From IMG/VR virus record IMGVR_UViG_3300020445_000001: a stretch of 55,137 nt of DNA, one strand, 5' to 3'. Shown here in pieces: positions 1 to 7,995 of the stretch. This stretch comes from an uncultured virus (IMG/VR IMGVR_UViG_3300020445_000001). Its lineage: Duplodnaviria > Heunggongvirae > Uroviricota > Caudoviricetes. Made by a program: the position numbers and the translations under genes. Numbering within the stretch: the first letter of the stretch is position 1; every line of letters begins with the position of its first letter. A model generated the notes under the pieces. It had not been told where the DNA came from and did not search any database. It saw nothing but the letters and a program-made list of their open reading frames with translations.

Positions 1-332
1 AGAATTGATTTAGCTTTAGAGTTATTATATCCATAATATTCTTTTACATACTCAAGATTTTTAGATTTACTTTCCTTTATCCAAGGGGCATATCTTTTTC
101 TTGTTCTTATAGTATTTAGTAAAAAGTCATATTGCAACTTCTTGTCTTTGTCTAAAACTGAACCATAACGATTCATTTCATTCACTAATAATATACAATC
201 ATTATGTGGTGCAAGACATTTATTTACAATAAAAGGACTATACTTTTTTTCGTACATATCGTCCTCACCGTCCATAAGATTATTCTTATTAAAGTTTAAA
301 GAATTCAGATACTCTTTTAATTCATATGCCAT
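1..332 (-). CDS. gp62: Clamp loader small subunit (T4 gp62-like), 3' end truncated by the window edge
   Basis: Manual translation from ATG at 332: MAYELKEYLNSLNFNKNNLM...YSPFIVNKCL...NEMN...LQYDFLLNTIRTRKRYAPWIK...EYVKEYYGYNNSKAK. It lies in the gp45/gp44 operon, and its start overlaps the upstream stop (TAATG). Confidence 0.9.
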   Translation of the reverse strand, partial: MAYELKEYLNSLNFNKNNLMDGEDDMYEKKYSPFIVNKCLAPHNDCILLVNEMNRYGSVLDKDKKLQYDFLLNTIRTRKRYAPWIKESKSKNLEYVKEYYGYNNSKAKSI

Positions 333-1096
333 TACTTTGGGCTCTGTGCAAGTATCTTTTGGTCTGCAAGTAAAGGCATAGTTTTTAGTTCTATCTCAAA
401 GTTTGCAGATAAAGTTCTTCTTTCCCCCTCACCATAGAATGGCGATACAGAGTGTTTTAACCAATTAGGAAACATTAATAATTTACCAACTTCTGGTTTT
501 ACAAATGCTTCTTGAACTGGTTTTAATTGTTTAATATCACTAGTACAATTCATACCCCAACTAAAAAATGTGAAACCATCAGTAGTACCAGATGCATTAT
601 TTAAATCTAGTTTAAGTCCACCAGTTTCATATTCTTTTGCACTACCAGATAGTTTTTCTATCTGTGGTGGTACTTTTAAATATAAAATGCAAGACATTCC
701 AGTAGGCGTTTTGACGCCGTGATCGTGTAGTGGATTATAATCACCTTCATAACTATGAACTGTCCACATAGATACACAATCGCTTTTTGCATCTGCACAA
801 CCTAGAAATTGTAGATATGAATGTGTGAAACCTTCAAGAAGTGCTTTCAAACCTTTTACTGGCTTATCTTCAAAGTTCATATCTAATTGTGCAGACTTTT
901 TATTTGATTTGATTTGTCCTACAAGTTCGTGTGAAAAACTTTTTGCACTTCCTCTTACACCATCAATATACTCATTAAATTCATCTGTAACATATTCTGG
1001 TAAAAATACTTCCAACATATTTAATGCTGGTTTAGTAACCATTGACATCTTAATATCTTTTGCAAGACTAATTGCCTCTTCATTTGTATCAACCAT
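332..1096 (-). CDS. 2OG-Fe(II) oxygenase (TIGR02466-like)
   Basis: YNPLHDH...MSCILYLKVP...PEVGKLLMFPNWLKHSV.PF.GEGERRTLSAN motif pattern. Confidence 0.8.
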   Translation of the reverse strand: MVDTNEEAISLAKDIKMSMVTKPALNMLEVFLPEYVTDEFNEYIDGVRGSAKSFSHELVGQIKSNKKSAQLDMNFEDKPVKGLKALLEGFTHSYLQFLGCADAKSDCVSMWTVHSYEGDYNPLHDHGVKTPTGMSCILYLKVPPQIEKLSGSAKEYETGGLKLDLNNASGTTDGFTFFSWGMNCTSDIKQLKPVQEAFVKPEVGKLLMFPNWLKHSVSPFYGEGERRTLSANFEIELKTMPLLADQKILAQSPK

Positions 1097-1104
1097 AATA
1101 ACTC

Positions 1105-2043
1105 CTATTTAAATTTACACTCACCCATCAACTGTGTTAGACAAGCAAGTAAATTAATTTCTTGGTCGGCAACAAATGCAGCTTTGTATTGATAATCTGC
1201 AATCAATAAAACTGCTGTTGCGATTGAACGACCATCTTCAAAATACTCATAAAGATTGTCATACATTTTTCTAAATATTCTAGCAGGGTCATTATCTAAA
1301 TTATTAACAACCCACTTTCTCATACTTGTAAAATCTTTCTCTCTCAAGAATGTGATTAAATCTCTCATATTCTTTTCAGAAAGGTTTACTAATATTCCAC
1401 TATCAATTTGTCCAGATGTAGCATATCTTTGTAATTCATTAAGACATCTTCTCCAATCTGGAAAGAACTTCATAATTAATTCTGCAACAACTCTTTCTTC
1501 ATACTTTACATTCTCTGTTGTGAGAACAGTATTAATACTAGACATAAATTGTTTTGCAAGATTAGGTTTTTCAGTTTTTGGAATATTAAATTCAACCACA
1601 CTACAACGACTATGTAAAGGTTCTATGATTCTATTCTTAAAATTACAAGTAAGAATAAATCCACAGTTCTTGTGAAACTCCTCTATCATACCACGAAGTG
1701 CTGGTTGTGTTGATTGTGCATTTAGATAATCTGCCTCATCAATAATGATAAACTTTCTACTACCCTCTAACGACATAGTAGATGCAAAGTTTTTCATTTT
1801 ATTACGAAGTACATCAATACCAGATTCTTCAGAACCGTTAATCATAATATAATCATAACCTATTTGTTCTAACATTGCTTTTGCAACTGTTGTTTTACCA
1901 ACACCAGGCCCGCCTGTTAGTAATAGATTAGGAATACCATTTTTAACAAACTCAGAAAAAGTTTTCTTTAGAGTTTCTGGTAATACACAATCTTGTATAG
2001 TTTTAGGTCTATACTTCTCAACCCATAAAAAGGTGTTATTCAT
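1105..2043 (-). CDS. gp44: Clamp loader large subunit, AAA+ ATPase
   Basis: LWVEKYRP, Walker A GGPGVGKTT, Walker B IIIDEAD, SRC motif. Confidence 0.97.
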   Translation of the reverse strand: MNNTFLWVEKYRPKTIQDCVLPETLKKTFSEFVKNGIPNLLLTGGPGVGKTTVAKAMLEQIGYDYIMINGSEESGIDVLRNKMKNFASTMSLEGSRKFIIIDEADYLNAQSTQPALRGMIEEFHKNCGFILTCNFKNRIIEPLHSRCSVVEFNIPKTEKPNLAKQFMSSINTVLTTENVKYEERVVAELIMKFFPDWRRCLNELQRYATSGQIDSGILVNLSEKNMRDLITFLREKDFTSMRKWVVNNLDNDPARIFRKMYDNLYEYFEDGRSIATAVLLIADYQYKAAFVADQEINLLACLTQLMGECKFK

Positions 2044-2052
2044 TTAACTCCC

Positions 2053-2727
2053 CTATGAATTGTATGTTGATTCTGGTTCTAATGCAATAAAATATGATAC
2101 ATCTAAATCTTTATGTTGGAAATAAGAAATACCTTTAGATGAAACTTGTACTTTATAATCACCAGGCAATAGTTTTAAATTCTCTACTTTAAAATAGAAT
2201 TCAAAAGATGCAGTTGCACCATTACCGATTGTGATTGCAAAGTCATTTGATGCTTTGTTCTTTTTATCTTTTACTTTTAGTTGTATTGTATTATCTTTTT
2301 GACCAGTTAATACTAAATCAGATACACCTAATGTACCAGCTGCAGTAATAACTTTCTTTAGATTTACTTCTGTGATATCAACCTCTGCATCAACAGATGG
2401 CATACTAATTTCTTTATCAACTGTAACGATAACAGATGGGTCAGAATAATGATACTTACAACTTGAACTATTATCTTCTTCTGCGATAGTCATATACTTA
2501 TCATTAAAAGATAAAACTGGTTCTTTAAATAAAGACATAGCTGCAAGATATTCATTTAAATTGTAGATAGGAATCTCTTGTGAGAACTCATCTGGAACAG
2601 TTGCAGATGCAACAATGTTTTTCATTGCAGATACAGTTCTTAACTGATTACCTTGTTTGATTAAAATGTTTTGATTGATTTGAGAATAGTTTTTTAATAT
2701 CTCTTTAGTCTGATTTGACAATTTCAT
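2053..2727 (-). CDS. gp45: Sliding clamp
   Basis: MKLSNQTKEILKNYSQINQNI...IYNLNEYL...FKVENLKLLPGDY...YFIALE; directly upstream of gp44. Confidence 0.95.
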   Translation of the reverse strand: MKLSNQTKEILKNYSQINQNILIKQGNQLRTVSAMKNIVASATVPDEFSQEIPIYNLNEYLAAMSLFKEPVLSFNDKYMTIAEEDNSSSCKYHYSDPSVIVTVDKEISMPSVDAEVDITEVNLKKVITAAGTLGVSDLVLTGQKDNTIQLKVKDKKNKASNDFAITIGNGATASFEFYFKVENLKLLPGDYKVQVSSKGISYFQHKDLDVSYFIALEPESTYNS

Positions 2728-2947
2728 TATTTAGTTCCTTCACTTCAATAAGTTTATTTAAGTACCATTGGGCTTTCTTTAAGTCCTCAGTACCATTTTT
2801 ATAATTGTATCTCCAAATGTATTTTAATATATTACCTTGAAGATAGCTTTCAAAACCATCACCAGTTGCACATTCTATTGCATCTATACATTCAATTTTT
2901 TGTTGATTGTAATGTGGTGGGTGGTTAACATTATCTATTTTTTTCAT
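2705..2947 (-). CDS. DUF3310 family protein
   Basis: DNVNHPPHY...IECIDAI...GNILKYIWRY..KNG.EDLKKAQWYL. Confidence 0.9.
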   Translation of the reverse strand: MKKIDNVNHPPHYNQQKIECIDAIECATGDGFESYLQGNILKYIWRYNYKNGTEDLKKAQWYLNKLIEVKELNNEIVKSD

Positions 2948-2953
2948 AAACCC

Positions 2954-2982
2954 ATTATATATTAAAGGTGGGGTCTTGTCAA
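2954..2982 (-). promoter_or_regulatory. Sigma70-type promoter, probably leaderless for the DUF3310 gene
   Basis: TTGACA (2982-2977), N17, TATAAT (2959-2954), then 6 nt to the ATG at 2947. Confidence 0.8.
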
Positions 2983-2989
2983 CCCCACC
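2967..2989 (-). terminator. Hairpin downstream of hsp20, possible terminator, overlapping the promoter -35
   Basis: Perfect 8-bp stem GGTGGGGT/ACCCCACC with a 7-nt loop, followed only by TTTAAT. Confidence 0.55.
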
Positions 2990-2996
2990 GATAAAT

Positions 2997-3428
2997 TTAT
3001 TTTACTTGTATCGTTTGAGGTTTTTTGTGGTCGGGCACAATTCTTTCTAATGCAATGTATAACATTCCATTTTCCATTTTTGCACCTTTCACTTTCATCT
3101 CATCTGATAAAGTAAAAGTTCTTTTGAAACTTCTATGAGAAATACCCTTATGTATCATAGTTGTATTCTCATCTATTTCTTCTTCTAGTTTTTTAGAAGA
3201 AATAGCTAAGTTTCCTTCCTTTAGTTCAATATCAATGTCTTTTTTGGAATAACCAGCCAAGGCCATCTCAATTTGATAGTTGTAGTCATCATTTTTGACT
3301 ATGTTATATGGTGGGAATCCACCACTTGTTGTATGAAAGTCAGTATCAAAAAGTCTATCAAATAGACTATCAAAACCAACTGTATACGGTGTTAACCTAT
3401 TACGGTCTAATGTTGCTAAAGTATTCAT
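2997..3428 (-). CDS. hsp20: Small heat shock protein (IbpA/Hsp20)
   Basis: GFDSLFDRL...FPPYNIVK...IEMALAGY...HKGISHRSFKRTFTL...A.MENGML.I.LER. Confidence 0.95.
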   Translation of the reverse strand: MNTLATLDRNRLTPYTVGFDSLFDRLFDTDFHTTSGGFPPYNIVKNDDYNYQIEMALAGYSKKDIDIELKEGNLAISSKKLEEEIDENTTMIHKGISHRSFKRTFTLSDEMKVKGAKMENGMLYIALERIVPDHKKPQTIQVK

Positions 3429-3593
3429 ATCTATCTCCTTCTTTAAGCAAGATTAATATTGAGTCCCAAAAAGGCAACTCATAAAGTTGGGGTTTTTTTG
3501 TTAGAGATAAACCCCATAACTCTATTTATTTATGACACTCTAGGGTAGGTATACTATATTGTGTCATTGAGAAGTCTTATGAACGGCTTCTCA
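3429..3593 (-). promoter_or_regulatory. Structured hsp20 5' leader with a ROSE-like RNA thermometer hairpin
   Basis: AUCUU(G)CUU-AAAG-AAGGAGAU hairpin (3453-3433) sequesters the SD with a bulged G; four more hairpins lie upstream. Confidence 0.65.
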
Positions 3594-3597
3594 TCTA

Positions 3598-3605
3598 TAT
3601 TTATA
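3598..3605 (-). promoter_or_regulatory. T4-type late promoter upstream of hsp20
   Basis: TATAAATA on the minus strand. Confidence 0.65.
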
Positions 3606-3645
3606 TATTATTACACTACCATAGAGTCAATAATTTGTCAAGTCC

Positions 3646-4599
3646 CTAAGCAACTTCTGCCATTTTTAATGCAGTATCAAGTGCTTTTAACTTAACTCTT
3701 CTGTTCCTACCATACCAAGCAGAAGTAAGTCTTCCGTCAGTAGTAGAACCTTGTTGGTGGTCAGTATTAAAAGTTACTGCATTAAACGCCTGCCACCAAG
3801 TACCTTTTGCATACTGATTACCAGGCTGAGTTTCAATAACTTCAAACGCTTTCCTACCATTAACTGTTGTCGGAACAGATGGGTTTTTAATATCATCATC
3901 TTTGATATTAGATGGATATACTGTGTTAAGATACTCAACAAGTCTTTCAGTAGTATATCTTTTACTACCAAGAAACTCTGCCATAGTCTTGTAATTATCC
4001 ATTTTTTCTTTTGCAATACCAAGTTGTTCTTTAACCATTTCTGGATTAAACTCTCTTCTATGATTTACTTTTACCATAGAATCACTATCGGTACTCAAAG
4101 ATAAAGTTAAAGTGTTATTACAAACAACCCTAATAGGTGTCATTCTAATATCAATAGACTTACCAAACTGATGTGGATTTGAAAACAACATATAGTTTTC
4201 TACCTCATCACCTTTGAATAATTCAAAACTTTGTTTAACTTTTGCAAGAGCCCATACCATTTTACCGTCCATTAAAGAACCAGCAGTATGCATCTCTAAA
4301 TCACCAGCTTCAACATACTCAGAAAAGAAATCAAACGCTTCTTTGTTTTGAACTGGATTCCAGTTTTGTCCTACACTTGGTGCAAGAACTTTGTTATCAG
4401 AACTTCTAACTAATGCAAATGAACCAGTCTTTTGTTGTCCAGATGGGTTATCTACATAAGTAGGTAGTTTTTCTACATACCAATCTAAACCAGATTTTTT
4501 TAACATCTCGTCAGTTGATAAATCGTGTGGAACTTTTGTTCCTAATCCGTGCCAAGGCACTTCACCAGCATAAGCCATAGTTTCAACTAATGCACTCAT
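3646..4599 (-). CDS. DUF932 domain protein (phage/plasmid TIGR03299-like)
   Basis: MAYAGEVPWHGLG...LDW.V...PVQN.EAFDFF...TAGSL..GK.VWALA...TPIRVVCNNTL...GTWWQAFNAVT. Confidence 0.9.
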   Translation of the reverse strand: MSALVETMAYAGEVPWHGLGTKVPHDLSTDEMLKKSGLDWYVEKLPTYVDNPSGQQKTGSFALVRSSDNKVLAPSVGQNWNPVQNKEAFDFFSEYVEAGDLEMHTAGSLMDGKMVWALAKVKQSFELFKGDEVENYMLFSNPHQFGKSIDIRMTPIRVVCNNTLTLSLSTDSDSMVKVNHRREFNPEMVKEQLGIAKEKMDNYKTMAEFLGSKRYTTERLVEYLNTVYPSNIKDDDIKNPSVPTTVNGRKAFEVIETQPGNQYAKGTWWQAFNAVTFNTDHQQGSTTDGRLTSAWYGRNRRVKLKALDTALKMAEVA

Positions 4600-4643
4600 A
4601 ATATACTCCTTTTTTTAATTGTTATTATGTTATTTGTTATCAT
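4596..4643 (-). CDS. Putative 15-aa leader peptide (MITNNIITIKKRSIL), stop overlapping the DUF932 start
   Basis: ATG lies 6 nt after the -10 box; TGA overlaps the DUF932 ATG (ATGA). Confidence 0.3.
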   Translation of the reverse strand: MITNNIITIKKRSIL

Positions 4644-4649
4644 AACTAT

Positions 4650-4677
4650 ATTATACTTGTTTTTGGAACAATGTCAA
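4650..4677 (-). promoter_or_regulatory. Sigma70-type early promoter for DUF932
   Basis: TTGACA-N16-TATAAT with an A-rich upstream tract. Confidence 0.75.
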
Positions 4678-4777
4678 CCCCTTTTTGTATTTTTTTGATA
4701 TTTTATTTGTGAATATACTTTATATTTTTTATACAAAATACTATATAAAGATATAGACCAAGCCATAGGGGATTTAA

Positions 4778-4846
4778 ATGAATTTATTTACAATATCAAT
4801 GTTAATTTTTACTTTTTTAATGAGTATAGGAATGGGAATCAACTAA
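4778..4846 (+). CDS. Putative 22-aa hydrophobic membrane peptide (MNLFTISMLIFTFLMSIGMGIN)
   Basis: Manual translation; SD-like AGGGGA 5 nt before the ATG; the stop abuts a terminator. Confidence 0.5.
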   Translation: MNLFTISMLIFTFLMSIGMGIN

Positions 4847-4875
4847 AAAAAAAGGGAACGCTAAGTTCCCTTTTT
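4845..4875. terminator. Bidirectional intrinsic terminator
   Basis: A9-GGGAAC-gctaa-GTTCCC-T5 between convergent ORFs. Confidence 0.85.
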
Positions 4876-4876
4876 C

Positions 4877-4930
4877 TTATACTATATAAGGTAATAATAA
4901 ATACCCTACAATACCTATTGCAATCCACAT
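4877..4930 (-). CDS. Putative 17-aa hydrophobic membrane peptide (MWIAIGIVGYLLLPYIV)
   Basis: Manual translation; GGAG SD 7 nt upstream; last ORF of the envelope operon, stop directly before the terminator. Confidence 0.55.
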   Translation of the reverse strand: MWIAIGIVGYLLLPYIV

Positions 4931-4934
4931 ATTT

Positions 4935-5255
4935 TTACTCCATATGTACGACTACCCATTGTCCAAACTCTCTGCAAGCCAGTCCTACACGATTAGTTCC
5001 AGTAATAAACTTTTTACATCTTTTACTTTCTATATCGTGTATTTCTTCAGTTCGGTCAATATGTTGACCGACTTGACCACCAATGAATAATCCTAGTAGT
5101 CCACTAGCCGCAAGTGTATATGGGTCAGAAACATTTAATTGTTTCGCACCCACTACTCCTAAAAATGCACCAACACCCTCAAATAATCCCTTTTTAGGTT
5201 GACTAAATGCAGTTGTTGATGCAAACAGAAAAATTAAAACAACAAGCAATCTCAT
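4935..5255 (-). CDS. Secreted glycine-zipper protein (17-kDa surface antigen-like)
   Basis: Signal peptide MRLLVVLIFLFASTTAFS, GAFLGVVGA...GLLGLFIGGQVG, C-terminal Cys pair; start at 5255 gives a TAATG overlap. Confidence 0.6.
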   Translation of the reverse strand: MRLLVVLIFLFASTTAFSQPKKGLFEGVGAFLGVVGAKQLNVSDPYTLAASGLLGLFIGGQVGQHIDRTEEIHDIESKRCKKFITGTNRVGLACREFGQWVVVHME

Positions 5256-5962
5256 TACTCTGTCATCCATTTATCAGGCCCATATGAGGGAACTGTTTTG
5301 ATGTGTCTATTATTATCACCCAAGTCATCCAATTCTTTTTCTATATTAGATAAAGATTGTACTTCGTCTCGGTTTAAAGATTTGTCAACACTTCTTTCTA
5401 ATTCTTTAAATGCATTATTAGAACGAAGTTTTGCATATACAGCTCTGTCTTTTCTCATTCTATTCATAAGTATTTTTATAGCTTCTTCATCAGAATATTC
5501 TAATAATACAAATGAACGATATTGAGTTCCAGCAGGATATACTTCCATATCTTTAATTTTATAACCAGCAACATCTACAGATGCAATTACATTTTTAGAT
5601 ACTCTTTCTAATTCATTTAATACTTGAGAATCTAAATCCGTAGTACCAGTTTTTGCAATGAATTGTTTGGTCATACTATTAAGTTTACCATTTATTCTAT
5701 CTGCAAGAACTGTTTTAGCGTTCATAGTTGCAATATCAACAGATAATTGTAAATCTGGTGCGATTGCAGTTCCAGATGAGTAAATCATTTTTTCATCTTC
5801 TGGAAGTTCTTTGAACCAATTTGGTATAACACTAGATGTACTTTCAACTTTCTGTATTTGTTGTTGAATCTCTGGTGTTTCAACCAAAGGGTCAACATCT
5901 ACTTTTGTTGCACAAGAACCTAGTGCGATGAGAGGCAAGATGCTAAATAACTTCTTCTTCAT
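5255..5962 (-). CDS. Lipoprotein (LPP20-like)
   Basis: Lipobox LGSC; IPNWF...YSSGTAIAPDLQLSVDIATMNAKTVLADRI. Confidence 0.7.
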   Translation of the reverse strand: MKKKLFSILPLIALGSCATKVDVDPLVETPEIQQQIQKVESTSSVIPNWFKELPEDEKMIYSSGTAIAPDLQLSVDIATMNAKTVLADRINGKLNSMTKQFIAKTGTTDLDSQVLNELERVSKNVIASVDVAGYKIKDMEVYPAGTQYRSFVLLEYSDEEAIKILMNRMRKDRAVYAKLRSNNAFKELERSVDKSLNRDEVQSLSNIEKELDDLGDNNRHIKTVPSYGPDKWMTE

Positions 5963-6137
5963 AATTAATCACCTCCTCTTCATCAGAATTTTGTAGTTTC
6001 TCTTTTCCCCAACCAGATACATCTTTTATATCTTGGCCGAATCCAGAAACAGTACCACAAGACTGTGTAAATATAAGTAGAGCAAAAACTCCACATAAAA
6101 TTAAAACATTGGTTAAAATGCCTTTTCTTTTATTCAT
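5943..6137 (-). CDS. Entericidin EcnA/B-like small lipoprotein
   Basis: Hydrophobic signal followed by SCGTVSGFGQDIKDVSGW. Confidence 0.65.
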   Translation of the reverse strand: MNKRKGILTNVLILCGVFALLIFTQSCGTVSGFGQDIKDVSGWGKEKLQNSDEEEVINYEEEVI

Positions 6138-6140
6138 ATA

Positions 6141-6593
6141 TCACCTATTACATTGTTTAAGTTTAACTTCTTGTAATCCCAACCCTGGCATTACAACATT
6201 AAGTGTTTCTACTGTACACTCAATTCTTGGTTTTGTCAAGGCCTTTACTTGACAATTTAAATTTTTTGTTGATTCTAATGTTTCTGGAACAAACTCTTGT
6301 AATAATCTTTCTTTTGCACGATTAACTGCATTTTGACAAGCTTCGTTTTCTGACATATCTGGTGTGAATATATAATCTTCTGAAGTGATATACCATTTAC
6401 CTTGTACTTTTGCTTTAATTATTACTTTACATTTCTTTGTTTCTCTAAAATACTCTGTTACTGTTTTATCTTTAACTTCTAATGATTCTATTGTTCCTTG
6501 AATTGTAGATGTAGTTTGATTATCATATTCACAAGGGTTTGTTGCGAAAACAAATGATGGTAGTAAACATAATACACTAATCTTTTTAATCAT
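6141..6593 (-). CDS. Hypothetical secreted Cys-containing protein
   Basis: Signal peptide MIKKISVLCLLPSFVFA; six Cys in the mature part. Confidence 0.6.
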   Translation of the reverse strand: MIKKISVLCLLPSFVFATNPCEYDNQTTSTIQGTIESLEVKDKTVTEYFRETKKCKVIIKAKVQGKWYITSEDYIFTPDMSENEACQNAVNRAKERLLQEFVPETLESTKNLNCQVKALTKPRIECTVETLNVVMPGLGLQEVKLKQCNR

Positions 6594-7995
6594 AAAAATC
6601 CTCTAATGTTGATTTAGTTTCTACTGATTCTATTCTTGCAGTTGCAATATTAAAATATTGTTCCTCTTTTTCTATACCTACAAAATCAAATTTCTCTTCT
6701 TTTGCAGCCATTCCAGTTGAACCACTACCCATAAATGGGTCTAATATTGTGCCACCTTTTGGTGTAATCAATCTACATAAGTATTTCATTAACTTGATAG
6801 GTTTTACTGTTGGGTGTATATTTTTCTTCTCTGTTACAAATCTATCAGTAACATCATTATCTATTTTAGAATCTTTCATATCATCTGCATTTCTACGACC
6901 AGGCATACTTGATGCTTTCTTTGTTGGTAGATTATCTAATCCTTGATTTCTTTCTGCCTTTGATGTTTTTGCACAATAGAAAAACCTTGCAGCTGAACCT
7001 TCATCACCAATAGTTTCAACATCTCTTGGATACATTTTACCATATACATTATACTGTCCACCCTCTATATGTTGTTTCATTTTTCCACTTTTAGTGTGTG
7101 GAAATATATCTTTTACAGCATCACTTCCATCGTGCATAACATTTGATGGAAATCTACCTCTAGGGTCTGCATCTGCATATAAAGTACCCTCTGCTCTAAA
7201 ACTAGAATTACCATTATTAAATACAGAATCATCAGTTCTTGTTTTACGAACAACCTTTTTTCTTTTTACATTTTCTGTTTGACCAAAACTTAATTTATCA
7301 ATACCCATATTTTCTTTTGATTGGCGGCCTTGGTCACGAAAGTCTGGATTAGAATCTGGATATTTTGCATCATTTCCCTCAACTCTACATTCATCTATAT
7401 TAATACCACCAGTTCTATGTTTTAATACATTATCTACAACTGATTTTTCTGATAAAGGTTTTCTTGCAAGAACTAAAGGTTCGTGTGCAGGCTTCAACGC
7501 AGTTCCCCAACCTTCCCATTCTGAATTACCTTCTGTAATTGGAATATCTATTCTAGAATACTCATTTGTATCTGTTGCTGTACCAACATAGTTTCCACTT
7601 CTTATATCTTGTTTACTCTTGAGCGTACCGACCACTTCTCTTTCATTACCTAGTTTCTTATCTAATGACTTACCAATATTCATACTCTTTGGAAAACCAG
7701 AACCATATAACCACATTACTTGGTCACGAATCTCAAAACCAGCATCTTCTATTGCAACTGCCATTCTATGATATGTTCTACTTCCAGAAAATGCAAGTAG
7801 ATGTCCACCAGGCTTTAATACCTTAAAACATAGTTCCCAAGTTTCTTTTTGAAATGCAATACCAGTAGAATCCCAGCTTCTTCCCATAAAACCTAATTCA
7901 TAGGGTGGGTCTGTAACGATAGAATCAACGAAGACTTCATCTTCTGCCATCATCTTTAGAACATTTAAACAATCACCGTTGTGTAATTTCATCAT
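6586..7995 (-). CDS. DNA amino-methyltransferase (N6-A/N4-C, beta class)
   Basis: Motif IV VTDPPY near the N-terminus; HPTVKP; motif I LDPFMGSGSTG near the C-terminus. Confidence 0.93.
   Translation of the reverse strand: MMKLHNGDCLNVLKMMAEDEVFVDSIVTDPPYELGFMGRSWDSTGIAFQKETWELCFKVLKPGGHLLAFSGSRTYHRMAVAIEDAGFEIRDQVMWLYGSGFPKSMNIGKSLDKKLGNEREVVGTLKSKQDIRSGNYVGTATDTNEYSRIDIPITEGNSEWEGWGTALKPAHEPLVLARKPLSEKSVVDNVLKHRTGGINIDECRVEGNDAKYPDSNPDFRDQGRQSKENMGIDKLSFGQTENVKRKKVVRKTRTDDSVFNNGNSSFRAEGTLYADADPRGRFPSNVMHDGSDAVKDIFPHTKSGKMKQHIEGGQYNVYGKMYPRDVETIGDEGSAARFFYCAKTSKAERNQGLDNLPTKKASSMPGRRNADDMKDSKIDNDVTDRFVTEKKNIHPTVKPIKLMKYLCRLITPKGGTILDPFMGSGSTGMAAKEEKFDFVGIEKEEQYFNIATARIESVETKSTLEDFYD

Noticed and set aside
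3429..3645. tRNA or CRISPR mini-array in the hairpin-rich intergenic region
   Set aside because: No cloverleaf, T-loop or CCA, and the hairpins are not direct repeats of each other.
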